A stretch of 32,000 nt of DNA from Synechocystis sp. PCC 6803 substr. PCC-P (GCF_000284455.1 NC_017039.1:690001-722000); one strand, 5' to 3'; counted from the stretch's first letter, positions 1-11,239 are shown. The notes: generated from the letters alone by a model not told the origin. Program-made: numbers and translations.

Positions 1-354
1 CAGATCGTCGGGCCTCTCTTGCACCGTCTCCTGGAGCATAAGAATCTCTGGCGGATAGACCTGCTTCTTCTCTTCCTCAGTCAGGGGTTGGGGAATAGCG
101 GGGATTTCCTCCACCGCTGGTAAATTAGGCTGAATTTCCGCTAAAGCCTTACTGATGGTTTCGCCATAAATGCCGTCACTGTCCAACTCCTGGGCTTGAC
201 GATAGTATTGGGCCGCTTCCTCCCAAAAACCCTCTTGCTGGAGAGCACCGGCCAGGACGATCTGGGCAAATAGATCATCCGGGGCAGCCATGGCTGCTGC
301 TTGCAGTTCCAGAATCTCTTGGGAAAATTGGGGTTTAGTGGGGGTGCTAACCAT
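1..354 (-). CDS. pixJ: N-terminal part of the PixJ-like methyl-accepting phototaxis receptor, truncated by window edge
   Basis: Open frame from the ATG complement at 352-354 to the window start (not in ORF track because it is partial); TPR-like N-terminus; immediately downstream of pixG-pixH-pixI-like genes on the same strand. Confidence 0.65.
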   Translation of the reverse strand, partial: MVSTPTKPQFSQEILELQAAAMAAPDDLFAQIVLAGALQQEGFWEEAAQYYRQAQELDSDGIYGETISKALAEIQPNLPAVEEIPAIPQPLTEEEKKQVYPPEILMLQETVQERPDDL

Positions 355-500
355 GGCGATTAAAAGTAATTAAAAAACAATTGGGCAATGGGTCGGAACA
401 GTTTCAGGATTAACGATGAAAATTAAGACTCTGTTAAGGTGAAAAAGTAAGGATTAAGACCAAGATTAAGTTGAGCAAAAACTTTGGGGAGGCCCGATAA

Positions 501-968
501 CTATTTCTCCAATGGGTGAAGCGGTTTAATGGAACCCCCACCCTGGAGCCAGGCAAAAATTCGATCCACATCCAAAATCAGAATGGTTTCCCCGTCTTTG
601 TTGCCTTCTCCCAATAAAAAGGGCTCCCGCAGTGGCTTAATTTCCTCTGTACTAAAGCTAACAATGCCCTTCAATCCTTCGGCGATCGCCGCCACCTGGG
701 CAGATTCTCCCACCAGTACCACTGCTTTAGTATTGCTCAAGGTACGGTAATTGAGGGGGTTAGCCGTAGCCGGGGACAATAGGCGGGGCAAATCCATCAC
801 CCAAAGCAGATTTCCCCGTTGATTGCTCACCCCCAATAACTCCGGTCTTACCCCAGGAATGAGACAAAGGGAACTGAGGGGAAAGGACAACACCTCCCGG
901 GTTTTAGCTAAAGGAATAGCCACCGTCAGGGGCAGACCCAAATCAATCCAAAAATAGTCCTCTACCAT
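501..968 (-). CDS. pixI: CheW-like phototaxis adaptor PixI
   Basis: 155 aa with CheW-like features (LLGVSNQRGNLLWVMDLPRL); position between PixH-like CheY and PixJ-like receptor. Confidence 0.85.
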   Translation of the reverse strand: MVEDYFWIDLGLPLTVAIPLAKTREVLSFPLSSLCLIPGVRPELLGVSNQRGNLLWVMDLPRLLSPATANPLNYRTLSNTKAVVLVGESAQVAAIAEGLKGIVSFSTEEIKPLREPFLLGEGNKDGETILILDVDRIFAWLQGGGSIKPLHPLEK

Positions 969-1000
969 AACCTCATCACCGTAGTCAGCATTGGCAAGTT

Positions 1001-1384
1001 CTAGGAAATATAGGGCTTAACGGTTTTCATCAACTCAATGGGGCTATAGGGCTTAATCAAATAAGCATTACCCCCCTGGCGCAGGGCCCAAAAACGGTCG
1101 TAATCCTCATTTTTGGTGGAACAGAAGACAATGGGCACATCTTCTAGGGCCAATTCTCCCCGAATTTTGCGACATAGGTCATAACCACTAATATCCGGCA
1201 TAACGATGTCCAGCATAATTAGGTCAGGCACCGTATTTTTGTTTAACCATTCCAGGGCTTCATCGGCATTGTTACAAATGACAGCCTCTGTGCCCATGGA
1301 CTTTAAAAGCCCCTGAACCAATAACTGGTCAGACTTGGTATCTTCCACAACTAAAACAGTTTTCACTGGTATCCCCCTGGGCAA
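1001..1384 (-). CDS. pixH: CheY-like response regulator PixH
   Basis: 127 aa receiver domain (VEDTKSDQLL, LIMLDIVMPDISGYDLCRKIR, STK, KPYSPIEL). Confidence 0.87.
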   Translation of the reverse strand: MPRGIPVKTVLVVEDTKSDQLLVQGLLKSMGTEAVICNNADEALEWLNKNTVPDLIMLDIVMPDISGYDLCRKIRGELALEDVPIVFCSTKNEDYDRFWALRQGGNAYLIKPYSPIELMKTVKPYIS

Positions 1385-1472
1385 TTGCTAACGATGATAA
1401 TCATAGGATAGAAGAAGCAAATCAGTAATTAAAACTAACTTATACAAACAACTATCAGTAGTAATTAAGTAA

Positions 1473-2738
1473 TTAAACAGCTGCGGAGATAAAGCTCTGC
1501 ACTGTTTCCACTAATTCCTGGGGCTGGAACGGTTTGCAAATGTAGCCAACGGAGCCGTGCATTTTTGCTTTTACCCGGTCTAAAACTCCACTGCGGCCGG
1601 TCAACATGACAATGGGAATATGCTTGAGGGCTTCGGATTTATTGCAAATACTGCACAGTTGATAGCCGTCGATGTCGGGCATATTGATGTCCATTAAAAT
1701 CAGGGCCGGTTTGGCGTGCATCAAAGTAGTTAGGGCACTAGAGGCTTGTTTGATGTTGATCACCTTAAAACCCGTGGCTTCGAGGGCAAAGCTCACCACC
1801 CGTTGAATGGAAGGACTGTCATCCACACAGGCAATGACCGGGCGGTTATCCTCCTGCTCCGGTTCGTAGGGTCCCATGGTGATGAGACCTAGGCCCACTA
1901 GGGTTTTGAGAATAATGGCCACACTAAGGCTACTGGTGTGCAGAGACTCGGCAATTTCATACACACACATTTCCTGGGCGATTAATTCCGGCAATTTTTG
2001 GTAGCGGTTCAGCAAGTCACTGGTGATGTGTTCGAGCTTACATAGCCCAGGCAAGATGGTATCCACATTCTCGGCGATCGCCCGTTGGAAAGGGGAGTTG
2101 ATGACAGTACAAATTTTGAGCCAATGTTTGATTTCCTGGGCGGCAGGTTGCATTAACTGCTTGAAGTCCAGATAGAGCAGTAAACGATCTAGCCCCACCG
2201 TTTCCTCGAAAGTGCAAACCGGCTGGGACAGGGAAAGAATTTGGATCAAAGCTTCCTGGGTTAACTTGGCCAGAATGGAGCGGATTTCCTGAAAAGAAAA
2301 CTGCTGGGAATCCCACAACTCACAGAGGTACTGATAATCGCTGGTGATGGGCTGCTCAAGGCGAAGTCTTTTAGTGGGAGTGTAGCGTTGGAACAGATAG
2401 TTCAGCCTTTCCGATTGCCCTTGGTCACTTCCGGCATAGTGAATGCGTCCGTTGCCCAGATAGATCCGCCATTGGATGCGGGGATTGCCCTTGCTATGAA
2501 CGATCAATTTGCCAGAGCTCTCTTTGGCAATGAGGTTCTGTAAAACCTGGTACAAGTTAGGGCTTTCACTGGCGGAGGGGGGAGAAGCTTCCATAGCGTT
2601 CGGGGGAGATGGCAGGGGGTAGGCCAACCCTAGTGTGGTCTGATTCGTGGCCGGGGAAGAAGACAGGGGAGATTGCATGGGACAACAATGGCGGTTGAAC
2701 AAATAAAGTCCATCTAAGGTGAGAGCGAAACCTGTCAA
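1473..2738 (-). CDS. pixG: PatA-like response regulator PixG (DUF4388/PATAN-like N-terminus plus C-terminal receiver)
   Basis: 421 aa; C-terminal receiver IACVDDSPSIQR ... ALILMDINMPDIDGYQLC ... MLTGRSG ... GYICKPF; PatA-like N-terminal region; start codon may be internal. Confidence 0.85.
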   Translation of the reverse strand: MTGFALTLDGLYLFNRHCCPMQSPLSSSPATNQTTLGLAYPLPSPPNAMEASPPSASESPNLYQVLQNLIAKESSGKLIVHSKGNPRIQWRIYLGNGRIHYAGSDQGQSERLNYLFQRYTPTKRLRLEQPITSDYQYLCELWDSQQFSFQEIRSILAKLTQEALIQILSLSQPVCTFEETVGLDRLLLYLDFKQLMQPAAQEIKHWLKICTVINSPFQRAIAENVDTILPGLCKLEHITSDLLNRYQKLPELIAQEMCVYEIAESLHTSSLSVAIILKTLVGLGLITMGPYEPEQEDNRPVIACVDDSPSIQRVVSFALEATGFKVINIKQASSALTTLMHAKPALILMDINMPDIDGYQLCSICNKSEALKHIPIVMLTGRSGVLDRVKAKMHGSVGYICKPFQPQELVETVQSFISAAV

Positions 2739-3312
2739 TAATTATTAGCCCTAAAGTTAACTATTTTCTTAATCTTAAGTTAACTATAGTTGATCACTTT
2801 GCTATGGGAACAATGCAAATTAATGAGTAGAGTTTAACCCCATACTATTTCTAAAATCAAGCACCATTTCATCCCTTATCCCATTTCTTCAACGATCAGC
2901 CATGACTAATCGTTTTTGCTCTTCAATCTATGGGAAATCTATCCCTTGGGAAGTATCTATTGTTACATTTGCCATGATCAAATTCCCTTTTTTGATATAG
3001 GTTCAACTCTTTTTAGTTAAGTATCCCTAATTACTTAAGTAGGAGGAAAATCCCGAGTCGTCCCTCAAAAAGCTTTACTCTCAGACTGATTTTCGGTCTA
3101 ATGTTCTTATTATTAAAATAACATTTAAGGTCATTAGCTCTTAATTTTGGAAGTATTCCTATGGCCGGTGATGGAGATGGCAGGATTTTCTGCGGGCCCT
3201 GCTTAAGGGTAAGAAAAAACTGTTTGCTCCGTTTAATGAGTTCAAAATAACCGCCAACCCAATAAACTAAATGAGGATTCAATGGTTATTTTGAGTACCA
3301 AAAGTCTTTAGT

Positions 3313-5313
3313 CTAGGCTTCATTGGCCAACAATTCCCGGAAGCGAATTTCGTCTCGATGGGGGTCGGCATTACTAACCTTTAGGCTTAGGCGATCGCCG
3401 GGGGAAATGGGACGGTCAAAGCGATGGGGCAATTCAAGACCTAGTTCTTCAAGAAGAATTAAACCCAAGCCATCATCCTCCCGCAACCAACGGAGCATCA
3501 CCCCCTGCCACACCTCATTAATATTGCGCCGCAGAAACTCCAAGCTCCAGTAACGGTTAGTTTGCCGTTCCACCAACGTAGCTTCCTTGGAAGAGGGCAT
3601 AACGCTGTATAGAATTTCTTGTACCTGCTCCCCAGAGAAAGGCAACGGCTCCCCCCGTAGGTAGGCCTTCATTTGAAAATGGGTAATCAGATCAGTGTAA
3701 CGACGGATAGGGGAGGTGGCCTGGGAATACAAATCCAGCCCCAAACTAGCATGGCGACTGGGGGTAATGCCCACTTCACTACGGGGCATACAACGGCGTA
3801 CCGCACATTCCCGCACAGGGCCCGGCGGTAAAGACAACAACTCTTCATCGGAGGGTAACTCCGGCTGGGGTTGGCCCCGGAAGGGGACTGGGATGCCATG
3901 CTCTTGGCAAAAACGCCCCGCCACCTCCCCGGCCAAGATCATCATTTCCGCCACCAGTTGACGAGAAACGGAGGTTTCCTGGAGATAAATTTGCACTTCC
4001 TCGTCGGCATTAACTTTAATAATGGCTTCGGGCATTTTGATGGTGATAGCCCCCTGGGATTTACGCCATTGGGCCCGTTTTTTGGCTGCTTCGGCTAGGA
4101 GGGGCAATTCCGGTTCCCCTTGAATTTTCAGCACCAACATCTCATCCACATCTTCGTAGGTGAGGCGATAGGTAGGCTTAACCCAACTAGGGGCAATGGT
4201 AAAATCCCTCACTGCCCCCACCTCATCCAAAGTCACTCCAAAACTTAAGGCCACACATCTTTGCCCCTGGAGTAAACTCATCGGCCCCGTGGCCAACTCC
4301 GGCGGAAACATGGAAATCATGCCCGTGGGCAGGTAAAGACTGGTACTGCGTTTACGGGCTTCTAAATCCAGTTCATCGTTGGGACTCAACAACCGGGTGG
4401 GGTCGGCCACATGGATCCAAAGCCGATGGCCGCCGTCCGCCAAGGTTTCCACACTCAGACCGTCGTCAATTTCCGAAGTGCTTTCATCATCGATGGTGTA
4501 GGTCTTTAGGGTGGTCAGATCGAAGCGTTCTTGGTCGGGGTCGGGGGGAGGATTGGTTAGGTAAGCATGGGCCACATCGGATACCTTGGCGGGGAATTGG
4601 TTGGGGTAAGCACTACGACGCAAAAAGAGATTTTCATGGCGTTGCCAGATGCCTAATTCTATCAGGAGGTTTTGGGTTTCGTCGGTACGGCCAGGTTTAC
4701 CAAGGGTTTGGAGAATATCCAAAGCCTGGCGATGATTTTGTTCAGGGAAAAGGATAAATTTTTCCAACGCTTCCAACCGTAGGCGATCGCTCCCTTCCCA
4801 GGTAACTTTTTCCCCGGCCAGGGCTTGATTTACCCGGTCAATGAAACCCTGTTGCTCCTGTTCTTTTTGGGCTTGCACCCGCATTTGATGTTTAATTTCT
4901 TCGATTTGACTACTAGGGCGGGGTTCGTAATGATTGCCTTTTTGTTTGAAATAGAGTTTATCTTCTGCTAGCAGGGCATGGGCAGCATAGCATTGACTAG
5001 GACTTTGCTCAGAAAATAGCAATAGGGCCAAATCCGCCGGGGTGATGCTTTCCCCCTCTTCAATCAATAGTTCCCAGGCCACCTCCAAACTAGAGGGGTC
5101 GAGATACTGGTCCACTTCCCCTAAAAAACTAGGCAGATCATCGACGGTGTAGGGACCGCCGGGAATTTCATACTCCACCCGCTGGGGCTTCAGTTTATGG
5201 CTTTGGCCCTGTTGATCAATAACCACCCAATCTTTTTTGCCGTCCGGGCGATCGACCACCGCCAACCGCCGTTCTCCTTGATGCCGGAATTCAATTAGTT
5301 GTCCTTTTTCCAC
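3313..5313 (-). CDS. RNase II/R (RNB domain) family exoribonuclease
   Basis: 666 aa with RNB signatures RLWIHVADPTRLL, RKRSTSLYLPTGMISMFPPELA, LDLYSQATSPIRRYTDLITHFQMKAYLRG. Confidence 0.88.
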   Translation of the reverse strand: MEKGQLIEFRHQGERRLAVVDRPDGKKDWVVIDQQGQSHKLKPQRVEYEIPGGPYTVDDLPSFLGEVDQYLDPSSLEVAWELLIEEGESITPADLALLLFSEQSPSQCYAAHALLAEDKLYFKQKGNHYEPRPSSQIEEIKHQMRVQAQKEQEQQGFIDRVNQALAGEKVTWEGSDRLRLEALEKFILFPEQNHRQALDILQTLGKPGRTDETQNLLIELGIWQRHENLFLRRSAYPNQFPAKVSDVAHAYLTNPPPDPDQERFDLTTLKTYTIDDESTSEIDDGLSVETLADGGHRLWIHVADPTRLLSPNDELDLEARKRSTSLYLPTGMISMFPPELATGPMSLLQGQRCVALSFGVTLDEVGAVRDFTIAPSWVKPTYRLTYEDVDEMLVLKIQGEPELPLLAEAAKKRAQWRKSQGAITIKMPEAIIKVNADEEVQIYLQETSVSRQLVAEMMILAGEVAGRFCQEHGIPVPFRGQPQPELPSDEELLSLPPGPVRECAVRRCMPRSEVGITPSRHASLGLDLYSQATSPIRRYTDLITHFQMKAYLRGEPLPFSGEQVQEILYSVMPSSKEATLVERQTNRYWSLEFLRRNINEVWQGVMLRWLREDDGLGLILLEELGLELPHRFDRPISPGDRLSLKVSNADPHRDEIRFRELLANEA

Positions 5314-5391
5314 CGGAATGCCTTTGCTCTGTCACAATTACTCTCCCGTTATTTTGGCACAGGGGTTACTCCCCCTTGGGTTTTTGGCTGC

Positions 5392-5976
5392 CTAATTACT
5401 TTGATAATCAGGTTCATTGCCGGGTTTCCATTTAATGTTGCAACCAATGCTGGGCTTTTGTTCCGTCGGCACAGGACTGCCGGCCAGCACTAGATCCATG
5501 GCCTGTCTCAGGTCCACTCCGGTAACGGGCAAACCATTGCTAGGGCGACTGTCATCTAACTGGCCCCGGTAGGCCAATTTCCCCTGGGCATCAAACAAAA
5601 AGAAGTCGGGGGTGCAGGCTGCTCGGTAGGCCTTGGCGATCGCCTGGGTTTCGTCGTACAGTACCGGGAAGCAATAGTCCCAATCCTGGGCCATTTTTTT
5701 CAGGCCTGGGGGAGCGTCATCGGGGTATTTTTCTATATCGTTAGCGCTGATGGCCACCATGGCTAAACCAGAGTTTTGGTAATCCTTCCCCAACTGACTT
5801 AACTGGGCCTGGATGTGTTTGACAAAGGGACAATGACAACAGATGAACATTACCAATAGCCCTTTTTCTCCCATGGCTTCCCCTAGGGTGAGGGGCTGTT
5901 CCGCAGTCACGTCCCAAAGGGAAAAGTCCGGTGCTTGGGTACCAAGGGCAAGCATGGTGGAGGGAGTTAAAACCAT
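5392..5976 (-). CDS. Thioredoxin-fold peroxiredoxin-like (AhpC/TSA/redoxin) family protein
   Basis: 194 aa; APDFSLWDVT ... MFICCHCPFVKHIQAQL ... PDFFLFDAQGKLAYRGQLDDSRP. Confidence 0.8.
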   Translation of the reverse strand: MVLTPSTMLALGTQAPDFSLWDVTAEQPLTLGEAMGEKGLLVMFICCHCPFVKHIQAQLSQLGKDYQNSGLAMVAISANDIEKYPDDAPPGLKKMAQDWDYCFPVLYDETQAIAKAYRAACTPDFFLFDAQGKLAYRGQLDDSRPSNGLPVTGVDLRQAMDLVLAGSPVPTEQKPSIGCNIKWKPGNEPDYQSN

Positions 5977-6076
5977 AGTTAGAGCAGTTCGTTACATTTT
6001 GTTAATCAAAGACCCAAGCTATCATGGGGGTTGGAGTTTTTCCCCTCTGCTGGAATTTTTTTAGTTTAAAACGTCC

Positions 6077-8074
6077 ATGAGTCATCGTCCCCGTTCCGAT
6101 CGCCATAGTTTCTCCAGCCCTAGCCGCTTTTGGCACCGTTTGGGGATGGGTTTACTGGTAGCTGGCACCCTAGCCCTACCGGTATCTACCCTGGCCCAGG
6201 AAGGGGGAGAAGGGGCCCAACCCAAGGCCAGTCCCAGTCCCATCCAATCCCCTAACTCCAGCAATGGAGAAGCCACACCCCGCTCCTTTTTTAACTCTGG
6301 CTCCCCCCGGTCTGCTGAACCGAAAATGAACTATGGGCAGTTGATCGATGCCATTAAAGCTAATCAAGTGGCCAAAGTGGAAGTGGACACTAACCGCCGC
6401 CAGGCGATCGTTACCCTCAAGGATGCTCCCCCAGGGTCCAAGCCCCAAACCGTGCAGTTACTAGACAATAATCCAGAGTTGCTCAACCTCCTGCGGAGCC
6501 GTTCCGAAACCATCGATTTAGACATCAACCGCACCCCGGATAATTCGGCCCTGTATGGTCTACTAACCAATTTGCTGGTGGTGGCTATTCTGATCGGTTT
6601 GGTGGTGATGGTGGTGCGACGTTCTGCCAATGCGTCGGGTCAGGCCATGAGTTTTGGCAAATCCAAGGCCCGGTTCCAAATGGAAGCAAAAACCGGTGTC
6701 GGCTTTGACGATGTGGCCGGCATTGACGAAGCGAAGGAAGAATTGCAGGAAGTGGTAACTTTCCTCAAGCAACCGGAAAAATTTACCGCCATCGGCGCAA
6801 AAATTCCCCGGGGTGTTCTACTCATCGGCCCTCCCGGTACGGGCAAAACCTTATTAGCTAAGGCGATCGCCGGGGAGGCGGGGGTGCCATTTTTCAGCAT
6901 TTCCGGTTCAGAATTTGTGGAAATGTTTGTCGGGGTGGGGGCTTCCCGGGTCAGGGATTTATTCAAAAAAGCTAAGGAAAATGCCCCCTGCCTAGTATTT
7001 ATCGATGAAATTGATGCGGTGGGTCGACAACGGGGTGTGGGCTATGGCGGCGGCAACGATGAACGGGAACAAACCCTCAACCAATTGTTGACGGAAATGG
7101 ATGGCTTTGAGGGCAACAGCGGCATCATTGTCATTGCGGCCACCAACCGCCCCGATGTGCTGGATTTGGCCCTTTTGCGGCCAGGACGGTTCGATCGCCA
7201 GGTGACGGTGGATTACCCCGATGTCCAGGGCCGGGAATTAATTTTGGCAATCCACGCCCAAAACAAAAAATTGCACGAAGAGGTGCAGTTAGCGGCGATC
7301 GCCAGGAGAACTCCCGGATTTACGGGGGCAGATTTGGCCAACGTGTTAAATGAAGCGGCCATTTTCACCGCTCGGCGGCGCAAGGAGGCCATCACCATGG
7401 CGGAAGTGAATGATGCCATTGACCGGGTGGTGGCGGGGATGGAAGGTACACCCCTAGTGGATAGTAAAAGTAAACGCTTAATTGCTTACCATGAAGTGGG
7501 CCACGCCTTGATTGGCACCCTCTGTCCTGGCCACGATCCGGTGGAAAAAGTTACCCTCATTCCCCGGGGCCAAGCCCAAGGTTTGACCTGGTTCACCCCT
7601 GATGAAGACCAAAGCCTCATGACCCGCAACCAAATGATTGCCCGCATTGCAGGATTGTTGGGGGGGAGGGTGGCCGAAGAAGTTATTTTTGGCGACGACG
7701 AGGTGACCACCGGAGCCGGTAACGACATTGAAAAAATCACCTACCTAGCCCGACAAATGGTGACGAAACTGGGCATGTCTTCCCTGGGTCTAGTGGCCTT
7801 GGAAGAGGAAGGCGATCGTAACTTTAGCGGCGGAGATTGGGGCAAGCGTTCCGAATATTCCGAAGACATTGCCGCCCGCATTGACCGGGAAATCCAAGCC
7901 ATTGTCACCGCTGCCCACCAACGGGCCACCCGCATTATTGAAGAAAATCGTAATTTAATGGATTTACTAGTCGATGCGCTCATCGATCAAGAAACCATTG
8001 AAGGGGAGCATTTTCGGCAACTGGTGGAAAGTTATCAACAATCTCAAAAACAGCCTGCTCTAGCCGGTAAGTAG
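6077..8074 (+). CDS. ftsH: ATP-dependent zinc metalloprotease FtsH (Slr1390/FtsH1-like)
   Basis: 665 aa; signal/TM N-terminus, [26 protein letters not shown]-type [24 protein letters not shown] zinc motif. Confidence 0.96.
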
Positions 8075-8089
8075 CCCCCTATCTGTGCA

Positions 8090-8560
8090 ATGTCCGATCC
8101 TCGTACAATCTATTTTCAACCCAGAAAACCGGAAAACTCCCCCAAGGGCGGTAAATTTTGGGGTGTATTACTATGGCTTAGTTTGCTCAGTATGATGCCG
8201 GTGCAGGGTTGTGCCCCTGCTGACCAAGGTTTATCCCCGGAAGGGCAAAACTCCCCTGCCATTGCCACCCCGTCTTCTTCCCCTAGTTCTTTAATTTCCC
8301 AATCCCCCATGCTTCCCCAGGCGATCGCCGACAAAATTATTGCTGACCTTGCTCAACGTACCGGCGAACCGGCCAGTGCGTTTGCAGTCCAGTCCTCAGA
8401 AAACAAAACCTGGCCCGATAGTTGCCTCGGCTTGGCCCAGGAAGGGCAAATGTGTGCCCAGGTGATGACCCCAGGCTGGCAAGTGACGGTGCAATCGGGG
8501 CAAAAAAATTGGGTTTACCGCACTAACCAAAATGGCCGCACTATTTTATTGGAATCCTAG
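8090..8560 (+). CDS. Hypothetical (lipo)protein, Slr1391-like
   Basis: 156 aa; N-terminal hydrophobic segment ending in a lipobox-like VQGC; follows ftsH codirectionally. Confidence 0.6.
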   Translation: MSDPRTIYFQPRKPENSPKGGKFWGVLLWLSLLSMMPVQGCAPADQGLSPEGQNSPAIATPSSSPSSLISQSPMLPQAIADKIIADLAQRTGEPASAFAVQSSENKTWPDSCLGLAQEGQMCAQVMTPGWQVTVQSGQKNWVYRTNQNGRTILLES

Positions 8561-8795
8561 CTCCCAGCAGGGATTTTCTTTAACTCGGTCAACACTAATG
8601 ATTTAACAAACCGGGGCTTAGGTCCCAAATAGTTGCGGAGATTTTTGGCGATCTACAGCAATGCTCCCAGCATCTGTCTTGGGCAGGACTTTTCCATAGG
8701 TTGCATGGAATTTAATCAATGGTAAGTGATTATACTCACAATTATTCCAGTGATTTTTGATATTTATTCTGAACAGATAATGCTAACTTAATAGT

Positions 8796-8810
8796 TGAGA
8801 ATTATTTGCA
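8796..8810. promoter_or_regulatory. Putative Fur box upstream of feoA
   Basis: TGAGAATTATTTGCA against the TGAGAATNATTCTCA Fur consensus: left arm perfect, right arm 5/7; 14 nt before the feoA ATG. Confidence 0.45.
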
Positions 8811-8824
8811 GTTTTGGGAAAACC

Positions 8825-9064
8825 ATGACGTTATTGGATTTATCGGTGGGTCAGTTGGCTTTTGTGGAGAAAATTTTACTAGGAAACCACGGTCAGGGGT
8901 TAGTTAATCGCCTAGAAGCAATGGGAATAATTCCTGATAAACCAATTCAATTGCTCCGCAAGGCTGGTTTGGGGGGACCACTCCACCTCCGCATTGGTAG
9001 CACCACCGAAGTGGCCATGCGCCGTAGTGAAGCCCAATTGGTGCAGATTACCTTAGGAGAGTAG
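8825..9064 (+). CDS. feoA: Ferrous iron transport protein A
   Basis: 79 aa from ATG at 8825 (ORF track extends to a TTG at 8795); SH3-like FeoA pattern; directly upstream of feoB. Confidence 0.88.
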   Translation: MTLLDLSVGQLAFVEKILLGNHGQGLVNRLEAMGIIPDKPIQLLRKAGLGGPLHLRIGSTTEVAMRRSEAQLVQITLGE

Positions 9065-9071
9065 GGCGGAG

Positions 9072-10916
9072 ATGGTGAGTCATTGCCAAAGGGGGTCAGT
9101 CCAGTCCAGTCGTCCAGATGTGAAAAAAAGGGTTGCTTTTATTGGGCAGCCCAATACAGGTAAATCCACTTTCTTCAACCGGATCACCAAAGCCAATGCG
9201 GCGATCGCCAACTGGCCGGGGTTGACAGTGGACTTATTCCGGGCGGTGGTGCCGTTACAGGGGGAACTAATCGAGTTTGTTGATCTGCCGGGCATCTATG
9301 ACCTCAATGGCTTTTCCGAAGATGAACGGGTGGTGCAACGTTTCCTTGCTAACTATGCCGTCAATTTAGTGGTGGTGGTGGTGAACGCTGCCCAAATTGA
9401 CCGACAAATTCGTCTGCTCCTCCAGGTACAAACCCTAGGCATTCCGGCGATCACCCTCTTAAACCTGGCCGACGAAGCTAAGCGCTACGGAGTGCAAATT
9501 GACGTGGCTGCTCTCCAGGAACGGCTTGGTCTGCCGCTCTATCCCATCAGTGCAAAATACGGAACGGGTTGTAGTCGGGCCATGGATGCCATTGGTCGGG
9601 CGGTGAAGGATCAACCAGAAGCCTACCAAATCCCCAATCTGGTTAATGTTCTTTCCGATCACCCCGTGGCGATCGCCGACATGGAAACGGCCCTGGCCGG
9701 TGTGGTGCAGATGCCATCCCCCAATGCTCGTACCCTCACCAATGTCATTGACGGGGTGATGCTTCATCCCGTTTTTGGCCTACCCATCTTTTTCGCTTCT
9801 ATGTTTGGGGTATTTTGGGTAATTTGGCATGTGGGTTTGCCCAGCGCCGATCCCGTAGATGCGGTAACGGGTTGGGTGCAAAGCAATATTTTAGAGCCGT
9901 TATTTTCCCCCCTACCCACCATCCTGCAAGGACTGCTGTTGGACGGTATTTGGACTGGGTTTGCCGCCCTACTTTCCTTTGTCCCCTTGGTGGCGATCTT
10001 TTTCATTGTCATGGGAATCCTAGAGGGCAGTGGCTATCTTTCCCGGGCCGCGTATCTGATGGATGCCCTCATGGGGCGACTGGGGCTAGATGGACGGAGC
10101 TTTGTGCTGCAAATGATGGGTTTTGGCTGCAATGTCCCGGCCATTATGGGCACTAGGGTCATGCGTAGCCGGGGAATGCGACTTTTATCTATGTTAGTCA
10201 TTCCCTTTTCTCTCTGCTCTGCCCGCCTGCAAGTATTTGTTTTTATCCTGGCGGCTGTTATGCCCGGCACCCAAGGGGCGATCGCTCTGTTTTTACTGTA
10301 CTTAATGAGCTTTGTGGCTGCCTTCACCGTGGCCGCCATTCTAAGTCGTTTTCATTACTTCCAAGCCCGGGACCCCTTCGTATTAGAATTACCCCCCTAT
10401 CGTTTGCCCACCTTTAAGCAGGTATTTTTGCGAGTGTGGGGAGAAATGCGGGAGTTTGTTGCCCGTTTATCGATGTTTATGGTGATTGGTAGTAGCCTCA
10501 TTTGGTTTTTAACCAGCTTCCCCCAAGGTAGTACGGGTTTAGAAACCTTTGCGGGACGCATTGGCAGTGTTTTCCAACCATTAATGAATCCCTTGGGCAT
10601 CAATCCCTTTTTAACGATTTCTTTGATTTTTGGTTTTGTCGCCAAAGAAGTTCAAATAGCAGCCCTAACTGTTATTTATGGTCTCAACAACTCCGAAGCC
10701 GTCTCTGACCAAATCCACAGTACAGTAACCTTTGCCCAGGGTTTTAGCTACTGTTTATTTAGTTTGATCTATATTCCTTGCCTTACTACCCTTGGGGCGA
10801 TTTGGGGTGAAAGTAAATCCCTTGCCTACACTGCTATTTCTGTGGCTACTCCCCTGGTAACGGCCTGGCTATTTAGCTTTATTTTCTACCAAAGCTTTTC
10901 CTGGCTTGGTTGGTGA
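9072..10916 (+). CDS. feoB: Ferrous iron transporter B (GTPase plus polytopic membrane domain)
   Basis: 614 aa; G1 GQPNTGKSTFFN, G3 DLPGIYDL, multiple TM segments with GFGCNVPAIMGTR and EVQIAAL. Confidence 0.96.
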   Translation: MVSHCQRGSVQSSRPDVKKRVAFIGQPNTGKSTFFNRITKANAAIANWPGLTVDLFRAVVPLQGELIEFVDLPGIYDLNGFSEDERVVQRFLANYAVNLVVVVVNAAQIDRQIRLLLQVQTLGIPAITLLNLADEAKRYGVQIDVAALQERLGLPLYPISAKYGTGCSRAMDAIGRAVKDQPEAYQIPNLVNVLSDHPVAIADMETALAGVVQMPSPNARTLTNVIDGVMLHPVFGLPIFFASMFGVFWVIWHVGLPSADPVDAVTGWVQSNILEPLFSPLPTILQGLLLDGIWTGFAALLSFVPLVAIFFIVMGILEGSGYLSRAAYLMDALMGRLGLDGRSFVLQMMGFGCNVPAIMGTRVMRSRGMRLLSMLVIPFSLCSARLQVFVFILAAVMPGTQGAIALFLLYLMSFVAAFTVAAILSRFHYFQARDPFVLELPPYRLPTFKQVFLRVWGEMREFVARLSMFMVIGSSLIWFLTSFPQGSTGLETFAGRIGSVFQPLMNPLGINPFLTISLIFGFVAKEVQIAALTVIYGLNNSEAVSDQIHSTVTFAQGFSYCLFSLIYIPCLTTLGAIWGESKSLAYTAISVATPLVTAWLFSFIFYQSFSWLGW

Positions 10917-11072
10917 AATTAATCATTAATTCACCCCCTGGGCACTCAAATGACGAGTTTTGTTTGGCAGTTTTCAGTTTAGTAAAGATGCAGGAAAACC
11001 TTTGATAAATGGAAGTGTCAACGCTTCAAACTAAGCTTACTTCCGTATCATAATAGTAGTTTTTGCTTGGAC

Positions 11073-11110
11073 AACCGGAGGGGGAGAGACCACTACATTT
11101 CCCCCGGTTT
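11073..11110 (+). terminator. Putative rho-independent terminator downstream of feoB
   Basis: AACCGGaGGGGGAgagaccactacattTCCCCCGGTTTT: GC-rich inverted repeat followed by TTTT, about 160 nt after feoB. Confidence 0.55.
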
Positions 11111-11239
11111 TACGTAACGGTTTGATGACCCAGTTGAAAACCCTTGACAGCTCTTCAAGGCATAGCCACCCAATACGGAGGTTTTTTACTTGAGCTTTTG
11201 CCCACCTTGGATGGCTTGGGGAGCTTTACTCGGCCTATT

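Noticed and set aside
3031-3282. 83-aa minus-strand ORF in the pixG/RNase II gap
   Set aside because: AT-rich, no recognisable domain, no supporting context; likely chance.
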